A stretch of DNA of 64,000 nucleotides from Camelus ferus. Lineage: Eukaryota. Shown piece after piece: positions 37,302 through 51,235 of the stretch. Numbering within the stretch: position 1 is the stretch's first letter; the number at the start of each line of letters is the position of its first letter. The position numbers and the translations under genes are program-made. Below the pieces are notes generated by a model. It was not told where the DNA came from, did no database searches, and worked only from the letters and a program-made list of their open reading frames with translations. The stretch is from positions 24,058,001-24,122,000 of the forward strand of contig NC_045697.1 of NCBI RefSeq assembly GCF_009834535.1, written 5' to 3'.

Positions 37302-39299
37302 TATGCTACTTATCTTGTCCAATTAAACACAAGAATCTGAAACTTTAATTTAATAATTTCTGTTTTTGTGGAGTTTGCAGATAAGATTTCTGAATATTTT
37401 AATACTCTAATATATTGAAATATTCTAAAGTAAATGACAGTGCATAACTATAAATAACTACAAAAAAGTAAATATATTTATGAGTGTTTATAGATAATCA
37501 ATATTAATTAGCAAACATTTTTTAAGAGTTTACCTTATTAATTACTGGTCAAATATGGTAGCAGTAATAATTCAAATATTACTTGTTTTGCTACTCTTTA
37601 TGGAAATATCTCTATAGAAATAAGGTAATAGACAGGAAAACTCAGCAGAGCTTGAAAATCTCAAATAGCAGTGATCATTGTAGTGAAATTAAACCATTGA
37701 AAACTCCTTGAACAGTTTGAAATGTGTATGAGGAAAGACTGGTGTTAGTTTTAAAAACTGAATCCATATCCATTTCTAATTGATGTATTATAATAATTCA
37801 TAATAATTAATAATCTAGTTAGATGTGTTCTCTTAAAAAATTTAGTTAAAATTTGAAAGTCTACAAATGCTCCTGAGTGCATTAACTTTTACTGCCAGAC
37901 AATACATCATAAGAAAAAAATTCAACCAAATGACTTTTCAGTGCAGACAACAAAAAGCTTTTATAAACACATTAATGATGGAAATAGTGTTTTTCACTTA
38001 GTATGTACTGAAGCATAATGAAGTTAGGCCTCCAAACCAAAATATATTTTCCCTCAGGGAAAAACAATCATTTAAACAGCCAATGATTTGTTACCTAGAG
38101 CCTTGACACTTTATGATGAGCCTTTTCAAAGCAGACTCATCTTACTTATCTGAAAATGAATAATGCATATAAGAGAAGAAAAAATATTGTCTCCCAGGAA
38201 ATATTTGCCTTATCAAGCACTGAAATTTTTTGTACATTTAACATATGTTTATAGATCAAACATCATTGCATTACAAGCGTTAAAATATTCATAAATCTGT
38301 TTTAATCATGTTTAGTTAGAAATAAACAGTGTTCATGAGACATGTTATAGACTATATTATTCCCCTCAGCTCCAAATTGTTGCATTTGGTATTCTTTTAA
38401 TACAAAATATTTTGAAAATTTTATAGAAATTTTGACACTTTAATCAACACCTATATACTCAAGATAGGTATTTTAGCAATTAAGATTTTTTTCTTAATTT
38501 TTGCAGTGAATATGAAATATGAAGCAACATACACTAAGTTAAAAAGAGCTGTTTATTTTATAGAAATAAAAATTAATCTAATTTGCATGTTATTAACAAA
38601 GTCGCCTTAATATTTACTCATGAACCAAAGGGGAACAAATATACAACATTATGAAACTGCATAATAACTTGTGAATATAAAATACAAATGATAACAAATC
38701 AAAAAAAGAAGATAAGTTAAATGTCAAAACAAGGTAAGAAAAAAAGTGAAAACTGAAAATTTACTTATAAATTACAATATGCCAACGTTTTGTTTTTCTC
38801 TTACAAATGGTTAGTACTTTGCAAAAGGCTGCGATGAACTCTTAAAGTCTCCTTAAGATTCCTAAAGGCTCACTAAGATGCTTAAAGGATCATTTTACTA
38901 GTGAGAAATATGGAGGTAATTTTATATTGTAATTTTTATTATAACTTCTATTAATTTATCTTACAAAAATTTTAACTTTTCTTACAAATTAATCAATTTT
39001 AGAATTTAAAATAAACTATAGGTTTTGAGGATGCAAATAAGGTCTGAGAAACAAGATATTTAACCTGTGTATTATTGGAAGGTACACAGAAAGACGTTCT
39101 TGTTAGACTTCATGCCTTACTCTAGGGAAGACTGTATGTTTGACTATAACCAAGTCAATAAATGAAAGAACTAGACTAAATGTTTTTCTGTCTATAATTT
39201 GCATCTATGCCTCTATGGCTGCTAAAGTAATTCTATGACATTTGGGACATCTGTTCACTTTTTCCTTGGGACTGTTGTTTTGACTGTGTCTGGGTCACT

Positions 39300-42200
39300 T
39301 TAAAATAATTCTGAATAAATTAGCTTTATTCTATGCACTAGGGAGGTTAGTCAGCATTTGAAGCATCTTAATCAGGATACAATCCAGAAATTGTTAGGTA
39401 GTTTTTGAAAGACCTATTCAGGCGTCTTACTCCAAGATGGAAAGGGGAATTTTAAAATATCATGTTCCATATTTGTGTCTAGGGATTTGCTAAATGGCAT
39501 AAGGGATGTTAAAAACTATTTTCCATTGATCAGACTATATTGTTATAGAATTTGCTAGAAAGATGATTCAGGTTCCAGTTTACAAAAGGGCATAAGAGTT
39601 CAGCAAGACCAGAAATAGCCTTCTGAGTGATGGTATAGGTCCTGAGTTTATTTGTTCAGGGCCCCAGAACTTCACCCTCATGGAAATTGTCATTGTGCTA
39701 TGATCAGGACTTCCCTAAGCTTATATCAAAAGATGAAGCAACTGTTTTTGTGCTGGGTTTTTACTTAATGGTTGTCTTTTTGACAGAATTTAGTCAAAAT
39801 TTTAATTTCAATATAGCATGTCAACTCCTAGCAAGATATGCAAAAGGAGAAAAATAGCCTCTACCTCTTTCTAATTCTGGGGTCTCTTGACTTTCTTCAG
39901 AGTAACCTGACAATTCCAAGCCTCATTTAAAGTAGTTTTCAATGGGTCCCAATGTAAGAGTTTTGCATGTAATAAAGCTTATATGACTTCAAAAAGATAA
40001 CACATAAACAGAGTATGTGTGCTAATGAAGTGAGAATGCTTTTTGTCTCCATATTTGAAATATAGTATTCTACAAACCCCAAGCCTGCCAAGGAGTTATG
40101 TTCTTTAATCATCTGTAAAGCTATGAATCCTGTATGCCAGGTACCAGGCCATTTTTCCCAAGAGGGCTTAGTAAACATTGGCTCCATAAAGTCACCCTTA
40201 GTTATTTAAAAGTGTCTAGTCATATCTGAATCAAGTATCATTTTCAAATATGACATTCCACTCAAAACTTTGGTTACAAACCAATGTTTCCAATTATGTT
40301 CAGCTAACAAGGAGTCCAGATTCTTGTTGAACCCATGCCAATAATTATATTGCCATGTAAATAAGAATATAGGAAATTCCAAATTCTGGAGGGATCCAGC
40401 AGGGAGTAAAACATTTATGTTTTTCTCCCATTTACAAAATGCATAGTATATTAAAAATTGTGTAAGTTATAAATAGCTTAAGAGAAAAGTTCCTTATTTC
40501 CATAAAATTGAGTATTAAAACATCAGTAATATTCCAAAAGAAACCCATAATCACCCCTCCTCCTTTCTTTCAGTCCTATGAAACGAATTCTTGCTTCACA
40601 CATCTTGGGTTGGCAAGCTAATGAATCCATAACCTTCTCAATTAGAATTCTAGAAACCCTGACTCAATACAGTTGTAGGATCTCCAAGTTATTTAAGCAG
40701 CGTCATCAGAAACCTGTGCCCAAAAGTATGTGGTGTAGTCCTTACCATGGGTCTCTGACAAAGCCCTTTTTTGTTGAAGATGAAGCACTCTGGCCAATGG
40801 CTGATTGCAAGCACTATCGTTGAAGTATCAGAGTAAAACTCTCTGCATATTACTAAAGTGTTAAAGTGACTGATGGAGGCTTATTACAAAAATAAGGCAA
40901 TTAATGAGAAATCTTGTTGTTTCTATGACATGCAACATTTTAAAAAATAACTGAAATTATGACTGATAACACTCTACTGTTGACTAATATCAGGCAAAGC
41001 ACCATCAGGACTCTGGTAAATATAAACATCCTGAACAGCAAGGACATTGTCAGATCTCTCACTTCATAGACTTTCTGAAATATTTATATGTAACAACATT
41101 TTACCCATACAGATTTAACCTAGGGAAGGTTAGCGGCTCTTCTGAGATAACAACACTTCCCACGCATCTCATAACATATCAAATAAACCTGATTATTTTT
41201 AGCACCTCTCTTTCTAAAAAGTGAAAGAACAAATCCTTTGTGATTTGTTCCAGGAGCCCTTTAGGAAATCTCAAAGACAGTATTAGGTACCAAAAATATC
41301 ATTTAAGATTTGATTTGGGGAAGGCAAAATGACAAAAGTTGTTGAATTGCATTGCCAAAGTGACAATAAAAGACTTTAAAAGTAAATAAAGGAGGTAACA
41401 TAATTGTAAAAAAAAAAAAAAAAAAAAGACAAAAAACATTAGCTTCTTTTTTAAAAGTGCAAAGACTTTGTTCTTCTAAATAATCAAGGACATGATAAAG
41501 TCAACATAAAGCACAGGAAACTATTCTGATAAGATATAGAATCTCTGCCTTCCAGGCAGATAACTCATAAGATAAAGAAAATCTTTTTACAAACTCTTGA
41601 TAATTAGAGACCAGTAATCTAAGAAAATTTTGTCATTTTAACAAATAGAAAACATAAATTGAGTTTTTTATGAGTATAACATTTCACACTAAATCTCATT
41701 TAAAAATCTTAGAAATAAACCCATCAAACGTTAGCAAATAAAAATCCCCTTTTTGCAAACTCTCTGTAACTTTCCGTATTCATTCAGGTATTTTTTACAC
41801 TTGCATCTTTCTCATTCTGGAATAAACACTTAATTTACTTCAGGGAAAAAATAATCTTTTTTAAAAATAAAAACATACCTGCATACTGTGTATACTTAAT
41901 TTAGCATAAGTCTAAGGTTTTAAATTACTAAAAATGGTTGAAAACTATCTGCAGGCTAACATACTCCACAACATAATTGCTGTTGGAATACAATTTTTCA
42001 GAATAAGTTAAATTTTTTATCTTTCTGAGGATTTTATGAATATTCAGTTTATATAATACGTGCTTAATTATCTCTAAACCAATTATAAAACAGCTCTTTG
42101 AAGGAGGTTGTATAATATAATTTGGTAATACCATCTGAAAGTAAGAAAATGCTGCATATGCACATACAGAGAGAGACAATAATAGAGAGCTTATAGCTTC

Positions 42201-43348
42201 AATTCTAAAATCTTACTTATGTTTCAGTCATAAACAAACAAACAAAAAATCCAAAACTTACTAGTTGGTATGAGAGAGCTGACTCTTGTTCTTTCCTCAC
42301 CTTTACACTTTACATTTTTACCAGGAATGTTTTTTTTCTGGAAGATGATACAAGTTGATTTTACCTGTTCCCAGCCAATAACTGCTGAGAAAACCTTTAA
42401 GAGTTCATTTGCCATGATGATTCTTTTTTGGAGAATATGGGCAAAGAACTGAGGAGAAACCAAGAGGCCATCTGGGTGTCTCCAAAGCCCATCTTTGTGG
42501 GTAAAACATTGTTTCCAAACAGCCTTTTCAGCCTCTGATGGTTGAATAGGAGACATTAGGAAATTGACAGGCTGGGGTAGAAAGAGAAAGGTCTGGCAAG
42601 GGTGGGTAGAAGGGTGGAGTAGGTTGAGGTGCTAAAAGGATCAGACAAAAGAATTCAAGGGAGTTGGAGGAAAGATAGAAGACAGAGGAGAAGAAGAGAG
42701 GAAGGAGGGATGATGGGAAAAGATAGGCTTAGATAAGCCAGTGTGGGGACATCCGAAGTTTCCCAAAAATGCAATGGGAATTCTAAATTGCCTTTGGTGG
42801 AAGTTACCATTACTAGGAGATGCTAGACTGAATTAGTGCTGTAACAGCAAAGCATATATAGTCAGTGGGAGAAGAGGAAGGAAGGTGCCAAATACAGTGA
42901 GAGTTAACCATGAGATTTACAGATAGTTACACCAAAGAGAGAAATGAAAGAAAAAAATCTATAAAGAACTTGGGAAGAGAATTCTACTTGACTAATTTCC
43001 TCACAATCCCTGGGACAGAGAGCCAAGGGAACCCCTTAGGGAATCTCTGAGGTCAAAGGAAAGGTGGAAATGCCCTGCACAATCTCCAAGTGTGGGGAAC
43101 CTAGGAAAAACTGAAAAGGCTTCAGAGAAGGGGCAAAAATAATAATCGATTTGACTGAAAAAATTAAACTCCTTACCATGCTGCAACAGACAATATGCCT
43201 GGAACATTATTTTGAGAATTGAATTTGGCAAAGGAGCTGAGAATCACCTAGCAGCAGAGGAGTTAAAGGACCCACAAAGGCACCATAACCTGTAAGGGGA
43301 TGGTGGGAGTCCATAGGGGAGGCCCAATCTCGAGCCAGGTTATAGCAC
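39300..43348 (-). mobile_element. ERV1 MER4-group-like internal region, non-autonomous and decayed
   Basis: PBS-like TGGTGC.. next to the LTR; proline-rich gag-like stretch (~42560-42720); integrase N-terminal-like ORF 42224-42556; long AT-rich internal sequence; left boundary uncertain. Confidence 0.7.
42224..42556 (-). pseudogene. ERV pol remnant (region leading into the integrase Zn-finger)
   Basis: SEAEKAVW....DGLWRHPDGLLVSP...TCIIFQKKNIPGK resembles class I ERV DGLW..PDGRLVAP...C.ICQ.HNPGK. Confidence 0.6.
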
Positions 43349-44021
43349 CAGCAACTTCCAAATAAAGAACAAACTTGGGACCTAAATAAAGAGAGACTTC
43401 ATTGGAAAGGCTTATTGCAAAACAGGAGAAAGGGACTTTTGCAATAGGAGGAGAGAGTCTATTGCAATAGGGAGAATTTCTGACCAAGAGATCTGCCAGC
43501 ATTGCACAGCTAAGGCAGAAAGGGGTTTTTGTTTTATTGAGTTTTTTTTTTTTTTTTTTTTTAATTAAAAGACTACAGAACTGGGCTTGTGAATGTGGTA
43601 TGAGCAAGGATGATGTGATTGGATGGTAGGTCAGTGACTGTTTTACACTAAAAACCAGCCTGTTCTTAAGAGGGGCCATTAGGGAAGGATTGCTATATGT
43701 TCATGCTGAGAGTGAGTCAAAGTTCAGGGTTTGGAGAGTGGTAGAGAATCTTAACCAAAGTTAAGCTGACAAGCATTTAGTTCTGACTGATCAGTGGAGC
43801 CAAAGCAGTCCAGCTATTCATTTAAAAGGCAACAAATGAGAATTTTTATATCTGCGTCTGTTCTATTATAAGTAAGCAAAGGAGACCTCTGTGAATTTTA
43901 TCTAAGTCAGATGGAGAATAGTGCTTCTTTATAGTAGCCATGTCTGGGAACACGAAAAGGTGACAGTTTCATTAATCCTTGCATTTTCCAGGATCACAAG
44001 GCTCAGTAAATTTCACCCTCA
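43349..44021 (-). mobile_element. MER31-like ERV1 5' LTR
   Basis: Minus strand begins tgagggtgaaatttactgagccttgtgatcctggaaaa; includes tgacttagataa, cactgatcagtcagaac, aactttggttaag, ccctgaactttgac and repeated ctattgcaa near the 3' end. Confidence 0.8.
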
Positions 44022-45289
44022 ATCCTGCTGCCATAGATGTCATTGTTCTTAGGCCGTCTATATTAGTGTTCTTCCCTCTGTCAAGAGGAAATCTTAAATG
44101 CCCGTTAGAACAAGAAGAATAAATTGGACACTAAGCTATTAAAGAGTGTCCTGCTTCTACTAAGGAAAACTTAGTATCTTAAATATCTTAAGGAAACTCC
44201 CTGTCTTTAAATCTTACTCTCTGCAGTATGATTTCCCAAAGTTAAAATCAAACAAGATCATTTTCTCATTTACATATCCTGACTTGTGCCTTATAGATTA
44301 TAGACTTAATGGCATTTGGGGAAAGCTGGTGTGGTGTATCTTACGGATGGAGTAGATAGCGTGGATACAGAATAGGAAACCTAAACAAATGATGAAACAT
44401 TTAAATTTACTATGGAGGTATCACAAGCCCTGAGGATGAAGTCGGGCTACATCCTAAAATATCAGTTAACAATCAAATGGAAAGATAAGATGAGAAGGTA
44501 AGATGGACTCAGGTCCAATTTTGTGCAGAGCGTGAACAGACACAAGAGCAATACAGTTTAGTTTAATAAGACCTGATTAAGTGCGTGATATTTGCAAGAA
44601 AATTATTAGGCCATGTAAGGTCAAGAATAAAATATAGATGTTTAAACTGTGGGATGGAACCATACGTAGAAATAGGGTTTAAGGATATAGGCAAGCACGT
44701 GAGTTAAGTTTAAATTTGGTTACAAAATAGGTAGGAGTCAAGTAACTGACATGAGGACTGTGACTAGAGGTCAAAGGTTCGGAACAGGTGGTGCATCTCT
44801 ACACAGGTGGTCAAAGCATGACCATGGCCAAGCCAACTGTTTGTTTTGTTTTTGAGTTTTAATAATAATTATATTTCTTATCAGAGGGAGCCAGACTGGT
44901 TAGTTACCCTTAATTACAGAAAAAGATAGTACAATGTAGGGGAATATTTAGAGTTATCAAACTTTACATTTGCTTATCATTTAAACGTTTGATATTTTAT
45001 TTTTCAGACACTTACTCCTTATATTCGCAAGTAATTGAAATTGACATGATGATTTAATACGTAATATCAAGCAAGATTCTTTCAATGTAATGTGTTAACA
45101 AAGTTAACTGAAAAAGATAGCCATTTGATTTGTTTGACGACTCTTAACAAGTCAACATTTTTTTTCCCTATGAGAAAAAGATCTGTCACCAGTTTGAACA
45201 ATTTGAAAGTTCCATGCTCCATAGTAATACTGTAAAGTTTAGTTTAAGGACAATCCATGATTATGCTCCCAAATGCCATGCCTATTGCC

Positions 45290-45378
45290 TTTCTCTCTCT
45301 CACTCTCTCCCTCCCTCCTTCTCTCCCTCTCCCCCTCTCTCTTTCTCTCTCCTCTCCTACGTGCTTTCCTCTCTCTTT
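45290..45378. repeat. CT-rich low-complexity tract
   Basis: Directly visible. Confidence 0.8.
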
Positions 45379-46899
45379 CAAATCCGAGCAAGAAAATTTA
45401 GGAGATAAATTTAACATAAATTTACTAACCATCTTCTTTCTGTCATGCATTGTTAACTTCTGCTGAATACAGATAAGATGCTGGAAAAAAGACCTGGTCT
45501 CCAGGAGCTAGCAGTTTATTGTGTAGCATTGTATCTCTTTTACTTGATTTTCTCTAATAATCTACCTTTCCTAGAACCTTTGAAAAATTCATCTGCAGGA
45601 AGACTATTTATTTTCTACTTTTATTCTCAAAAGTATTTTTTTAAAATTAATGCCACTGGACCAGCCTCTATAATGTTTTACAAGAATGTGACTTGATATA
45701 TTATGTTTAAAAGGCAATTTGAAGGCCAGAACAAGAGTTAGAAGAAAGTAGCAATAGCCTAATGCATCCTGATCTCTTCCTCGCCTGGGGAAATATAGGC
45801 CCTGGTTCCTATTCCCACACTTTCTGGCAGCATAAAGTAGTCACAGTACTACTTGTCTACCACCTACTGGAGAATAGGAGGAATCAAAGGAAAAGATGGG
45901 TTATGTGGTTCCAGAGCACACCCAGGAGACTATGGAGCTACTGCTGTCGCATACACAAGGCTCTATTCTATTGGAGACATGGGGCCTTAAGCAGAAAGGT
46001 TATTTAAACCCCAAAGCATAAATGAAACTGTTGGAAATGGAAAAATCCAATAAGCCAAAAGGCTGAGCTAACCTGTCTGGCAGAGCGTAGAACGTGGCAG
46101 CTTTTGGCAGAAGCAGTGAATTCTGAGCTTTATGTCAGTGTTATAAATTTTACTTCCCTTTTAATATCTCTATCAAAACCTGGCCCCAGATAAATTGTAA
46201 ATCAGTTGACCAAGGTAATTTACTTATCCTGAGTCGGATGTTTGTGTATGGTAATTTTGCCTCCAGAAAAGGAAATGGCCTGCTTGTGGCTTCCTACCCG
46301 TTTGGCAGGCAGGAGGAAAACATCAGCTTACTGGCCAGTAATGCAGTCGCAAGAGTAAATGTGGGGCAGCAATTTAGAGGAGGCAAGAGGAAGGGATGAG
46401 GAGCTTTACCCTCCCAGTGGGAAAGAGATGTTGCTGGATTGGCAGGAGTTTCTCCGAGGATTAAACGAATTTGTTCTGATGGCAACCAGGTCACAATAAT
46501 TACTCCCACCGCTCTGTAGCTTTTCAGTTGCCATTACCCTCCTGTGGCAGCTTATGGAAAAAAGTTGGCATAAAAATTAAGGGCACTGATTATTGTAACT
46601 AGGTAAATAAAGGGATAACAATTTTACTCAATTAAAGGCCTTGGCAAAGTGGCCCAAAGTAAGCCACAAAGGAAATCAACACACAATGCCATCTTATACA
46701 AATGTCTGAATTTACATTCACAAAGTTGGAATGTGGTCATTTTGGCCAAAGCAGAACTCTTCAGAGGTAAAGAACCATGCCCATAAAAGTAAATACATCA
46801 AGAGGTGATGACAATTTTAAATGGCAAGCAAAAAGATCAGAAGCTTTGTGTTCTTAATTTGTACCTTCTTAGTAAGTCTGTTACCATTTTAGTTAGAAA

Positions 46900-47850
46900 G
46901 GGCAACTTAGAAGGCAAAGACTTGGACCATTTTGTTTACTAGCATATCCCTAGCATCTGGAGCTATTCCTGGATTCAAAAGGGCTCATAAAACTTTTGTG
47001 AATGAATAGGTGACTTATTATGTAATAGATGAGTAAATGAATGAAGAATAGAACTGTTAAAACGTTCCCTTGAAAATCCTGAAATATGAGTAGGGGACAC
47101 TAATCATATTAAGCCTAGATATTACAGTACTTGGTATTGTTTTTCTAATGATTCAATTTTAATATTAGAAGGCCACATTAAAATATAGTCACAACACAAA
47201 AACATGACTACATTGCTCTTTTATCGTGATTGCAGAAAATGCATCTTGAAAGTGATAAATAATGTTTTTTTCACCTCTGTACACCTGTCTACCTCTTCTG
47301 TCCCTTCTATCTTAGTTCTCTTCATCCCCACTTGCTTACATTCCGTTTTGGGCTATTTAGTTTTTCCTCTTTCTTTCATTTCAACTTTTCTCTGTTCTCT
47401 TCCCTCTTCCCATTTATATTCCATCTTTCTCCACTTTATTCAGAATTTCATCAAAAGTTCTCCCTGAGCAAGGAGACATATCACATTACTCACTCTACCT
47501 CTAAATGACTATGACCGTTAAACATTGGCTCTGCTGCCTCCTTGGCCTGGCATCTCTTCCTGCCATTCTTCTTTTCTCTCCGATCACTTACTCATGCTAG
47601 AGGGCATCACAAAACTATTTTCTCTAAACAACTTTCACCAATCCCATCAGAGAGAGCTGATAATTACCTTCCTTTGAGCCTTCGCCATATAGTAAAAACC
47701 TCTTCCAGCACCTATCACACATCATTAGTAGGTATTCTTTTGTCTCTTCTCAGTTTGTAACCTCCTAAGAGTATTGGTTATAACACATTTATCTTATATC
47801 CACAGTTCTGGGCACAAAGTTCTCAATATTTGAACAGATGAATGAAAACA
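46900..47850 (+). mobile_element. L2 3'-end fragments (~46900-47045 and ~47540-47850)
   Basis: ttgtttactagcatatccctagcatctgg...gctcataaaacttttgtgaatgaat; tatatccacagttctgggcaca..aatatttgaacagatgaatgaa. Confidence 0.55.
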
Positions 47851-48764
47851 TGAAGGAATTGAGAGCTGAGATTTGGTGAAAATGTATGCTTTATATTAAA
47901 TGTATGCTTTATACACAAAAATCTGAGTCACTCTGTTTTTATAACATTAAACAAATTAAAATTGAATGCATTATTTAAATCCTAAATAAATACAAAAATA
48001 ATTTGCTAAAATTCAAATGAGACAAATGCGACTTAAATCCAAAGATGACTTCTCTTCATCTTTTTTTTTTTTTCTAACTGGCACAATTTGCTCATGGAAA
48101 TGTGTGTATATGTTATATGTGTATATATATACACACACACACACATATATATACACACACATATATATGTATGCTAAAATCTACATATGAAAGTCTTTAT
48201 AGAAACTGAAATAATACTTCACAATATTAACTGTGAATATATGTGTGTAATGTGATCGATTAACTTGGATCCTAACTAGAATTTATTTCACTACATAGCA
48301 TTATTGTCTTTTTCTATTGATTTCATCCTCTCTTGTATTTTCTGGACGCATTTCATTCAGTGCCAGTGAATCTGATTGGACTGTAAAACATGAAATGTGT
48401 AGCATCAAAACACAGCTGGAGCCAATGCCATTCTTTAGCCAGCTGGCATGAGCCATTGCTGTAGAAAGCAGCTGACTTCTGTTTTGGTAGAGTAAGCATT
48501 CCAACGTGTGCTGCTTTTAATTCACTCATCACCCAACAAACAAATTAGTCTAGAGAAGAAATCTATCAGCCACTGAGAGGAATGGGATTGATTGATAAAG
48601 AAGCTATCACTACTCCCTGCTTATGGTACATAGTGTGCTTCTCATGCTTTTTGCAAAGCAGTTTACACCATTTATATAGTACTTTCATCCTCAAGGCAAA
48701 ACTTGAAAATTTTTAGGACTCGAGGAAGAAGGGGGTAGAGAAAATCTTGGGCAATGGACTTTAT

Positions 48765-49054
48765 CTATATAACTATGCATATCTATCTATCTATCTGTCT
48801 GTCTATCTATCAACCTACCTACCTGTCTAGACATATATCTATGCATCTGTATATGTATTTATCTATCCATTTATTCTACATCCATCCTTAATTCATCTAT
48901 CCATCTAGTTCTTCACTTACCCAGCTACATTTCTCTCTCCCATCTATGTACCTCTTATCTATCTGTTTATATCAATCTGTGTATAGCTCTACCAATTTAT
49001 TTTTCCAACTCTCCTCCATCTCTTCATGTATCAGTAGCTCTGTATCAGTCTATA

Positions 49055-49112
<58 letters not shown>

Positions 49113-49140
49113 ATCTGTCTGTCTATCTATCTATCATCTT
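48765..49140. repeat. (ATCT)n microsatellite: 14 perfect units at 49055-49110 inside a degenerate array
   Basis: Directly counted. Confidence 0.93.
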
Positions 49141-49646
49141 TCTCCATCCTGTAATATCAGGGATAGAGTTCCACTCAACCTTTGCTTAAATTTCACCAAG
49201 AATGCAAAATTTACAATTCTACCAGGTAGCCAATTCTCTAATTGTCCACATCTAGTGACTTAGAAGTTAACTGCATTTTAATAATCTGCATTTGTTAGTC
49301 ATGGCTTTGCTCTCCAGAAAATGTAAAATGAGTCTATTACCCCTTCCATCTGAAAAAAAAAAAAAAATCTCCAGATTTTTGAAGAAAGCCAGTCTTTTTT
49401 ATCCAGCACTTTTGCTCACTGGCCTAAATAAACCCCCTTCTTTACAGGATGCAGTTTTCTAACATTATATACTACAATGATCCTTTCCTGTACACTCACA
49501 AAGTTTGTCACTATCCCTTTTATTTAAATTATTGTGCAAGATTTAGAAATAAAGAGATCTTAGAACTGTGAGTTGTATTGGATTTATTCTCTAAATATTG
49601 AGACTAATACATGATTAACAAGCTTGAAAATACCACTTTTCATGTA

Positions 49647-51235
49647 ATATTATTTGTTAATTGCTATTTAATAAATTGTTACAATCTATAAACAGCTCAT
49701 ACAACTTAATAAGAAAAAACAAACAACCCAATCCAAAAATGGGCAAAAGACCTAAAGAAGCAATTCTCCAATGAAGACATACAAATGACCAATAGGTACA
49801 TGAAAAAATGCTCAGTATCACTAATTATCAGACAAATGCAAATCAAAACTACAGTGAGGTATCACCTCACACCAGTCAGAATGACCATCATTAAAAAGTC
49901 CACTAATGATAAATGCTGGAGAGGGCATGGAGGAAAGGGAACCCTCCTACACTGCTGGTAGGAATGTCATTTGGTGCAGTCATTATGGAAAACAGTATGA
50001 AAATTCTTCAAAAACTAAAAATAGACTTAGCATATGATCCAGCAATCCCAATCCTGGCTATATATCTGGAGGGAACTCTAATTTGAAAAGATACATGCAC
50101 CCCAGTGTTCACAGCAGCACTGTATACAATAGCTAAGACATAGAAACAACCTAAATGTCCATTGACAGATGACTGGATAAAGAAGTTGTGGTATATTTAC
50201 ACAATGGAATACTACTCATCCATAAAAAAGAATAAAATAATGTCATTTGCAACAACATGGATAGACCTAGAGACCGTCATTCCAAGTGATGTAAGCCAGA
50301 AAGAGAAAGAAAAATACCATATGATATCACTCATATGTGGAATCTAAAGAAAAGAAAAAAACAAAGAGGACACTCATGAACTCATCTACAAAACAGAAAC
50401 AGATTCACAGACATAGTAAACAATCTTAGTGTTACTGGGGAAAAGGGTGGGAAGGAATAAATTTGGGAGTTTGAAATTTGTAAATGTTAGCCACTGTATT
50501 TCAAAATAGATTTTTTAAAAAGTTTCTTCTGTATAGTACAGGGAACTATATCCAATATCTTGTAATAATCCTTAATGAAAAAGAATATGAAAATGAATAT
50601 ATATATGTGTATGTGCATGACTGGGACATTGTGCTGTATAACAGAAACTGAAACATTTTAATTGACTGTATGTCAGTAAAAAATAAAATAAAATAAATTA
50701 TTATAATCTTAGCAGCTTAAGATAATCCACAGTTGTTATCTCACAGTTTCTGTGAGTCAGGAATCTAGGCTCAGCTGCTAGACCCTCTGCTAGGATATCA
50801 CAAGGCTGCCATGAGTGTCATCCAAACTATGCTCTCATGTGGAGGCTTAACTGGGAGGATTCCATTTCCAATCTCACTCAAGTTGTTGGCAGATCCATTT
50901 CCACATGACTGTAGAAACGCCCTGACCTCTTCCTGGTTAATGGCTGGAGGCTTCCCTCGGGTCCTAGAGACCACTCTCAGCAGCTTGCCAGTAAGCTTTC
51001 TAGCAGGGATGCTTACTTCCTCAAAGCCAACTAGGGAGAAATCTGTGGAGCAAGTCTACTGGCAAAATGAAATCTTATATAATTGTGGGAGTAAAATCTC
51101 ATCACCTTGGCCATATTCCATTGGTTCAAAACAAGTCACAGATCCCACCTACGTTCAAAGAAAGAAGATTAAATACAAACAAATGTGATCACCGGCAGGT
51201 AGGGATCATAGAGGTGTCCTTTGAGTCTTTCACCA
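49647..51235 (-). mobile_element. MLT1D/E-like MaLR LTR split by an L1 insertion
   Basis: Removing 49688-50709 restores tattatttgttaattgctatttaataaattgttacaatcttagcagcttaag...ttatctcacagtttctgtgagtcaggaatc; ends gtagggatcatagaggtgtcctttgagtctttcacca. Confidence 0.8.
49688..50691 (+). mobile_element. 5'-truncated L1 (ORF2 end + 3' UTR)
   Basis: ORF 50162-50347 DDWIKKLWYIYTMEYY...ISLICGI; (TAAAA)n tail; 18-bp TSD aataaattgttacaatct (49670-49687) / aataaattattataatct (50692-50709), 16/18 identical. Confidence 0.95.
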
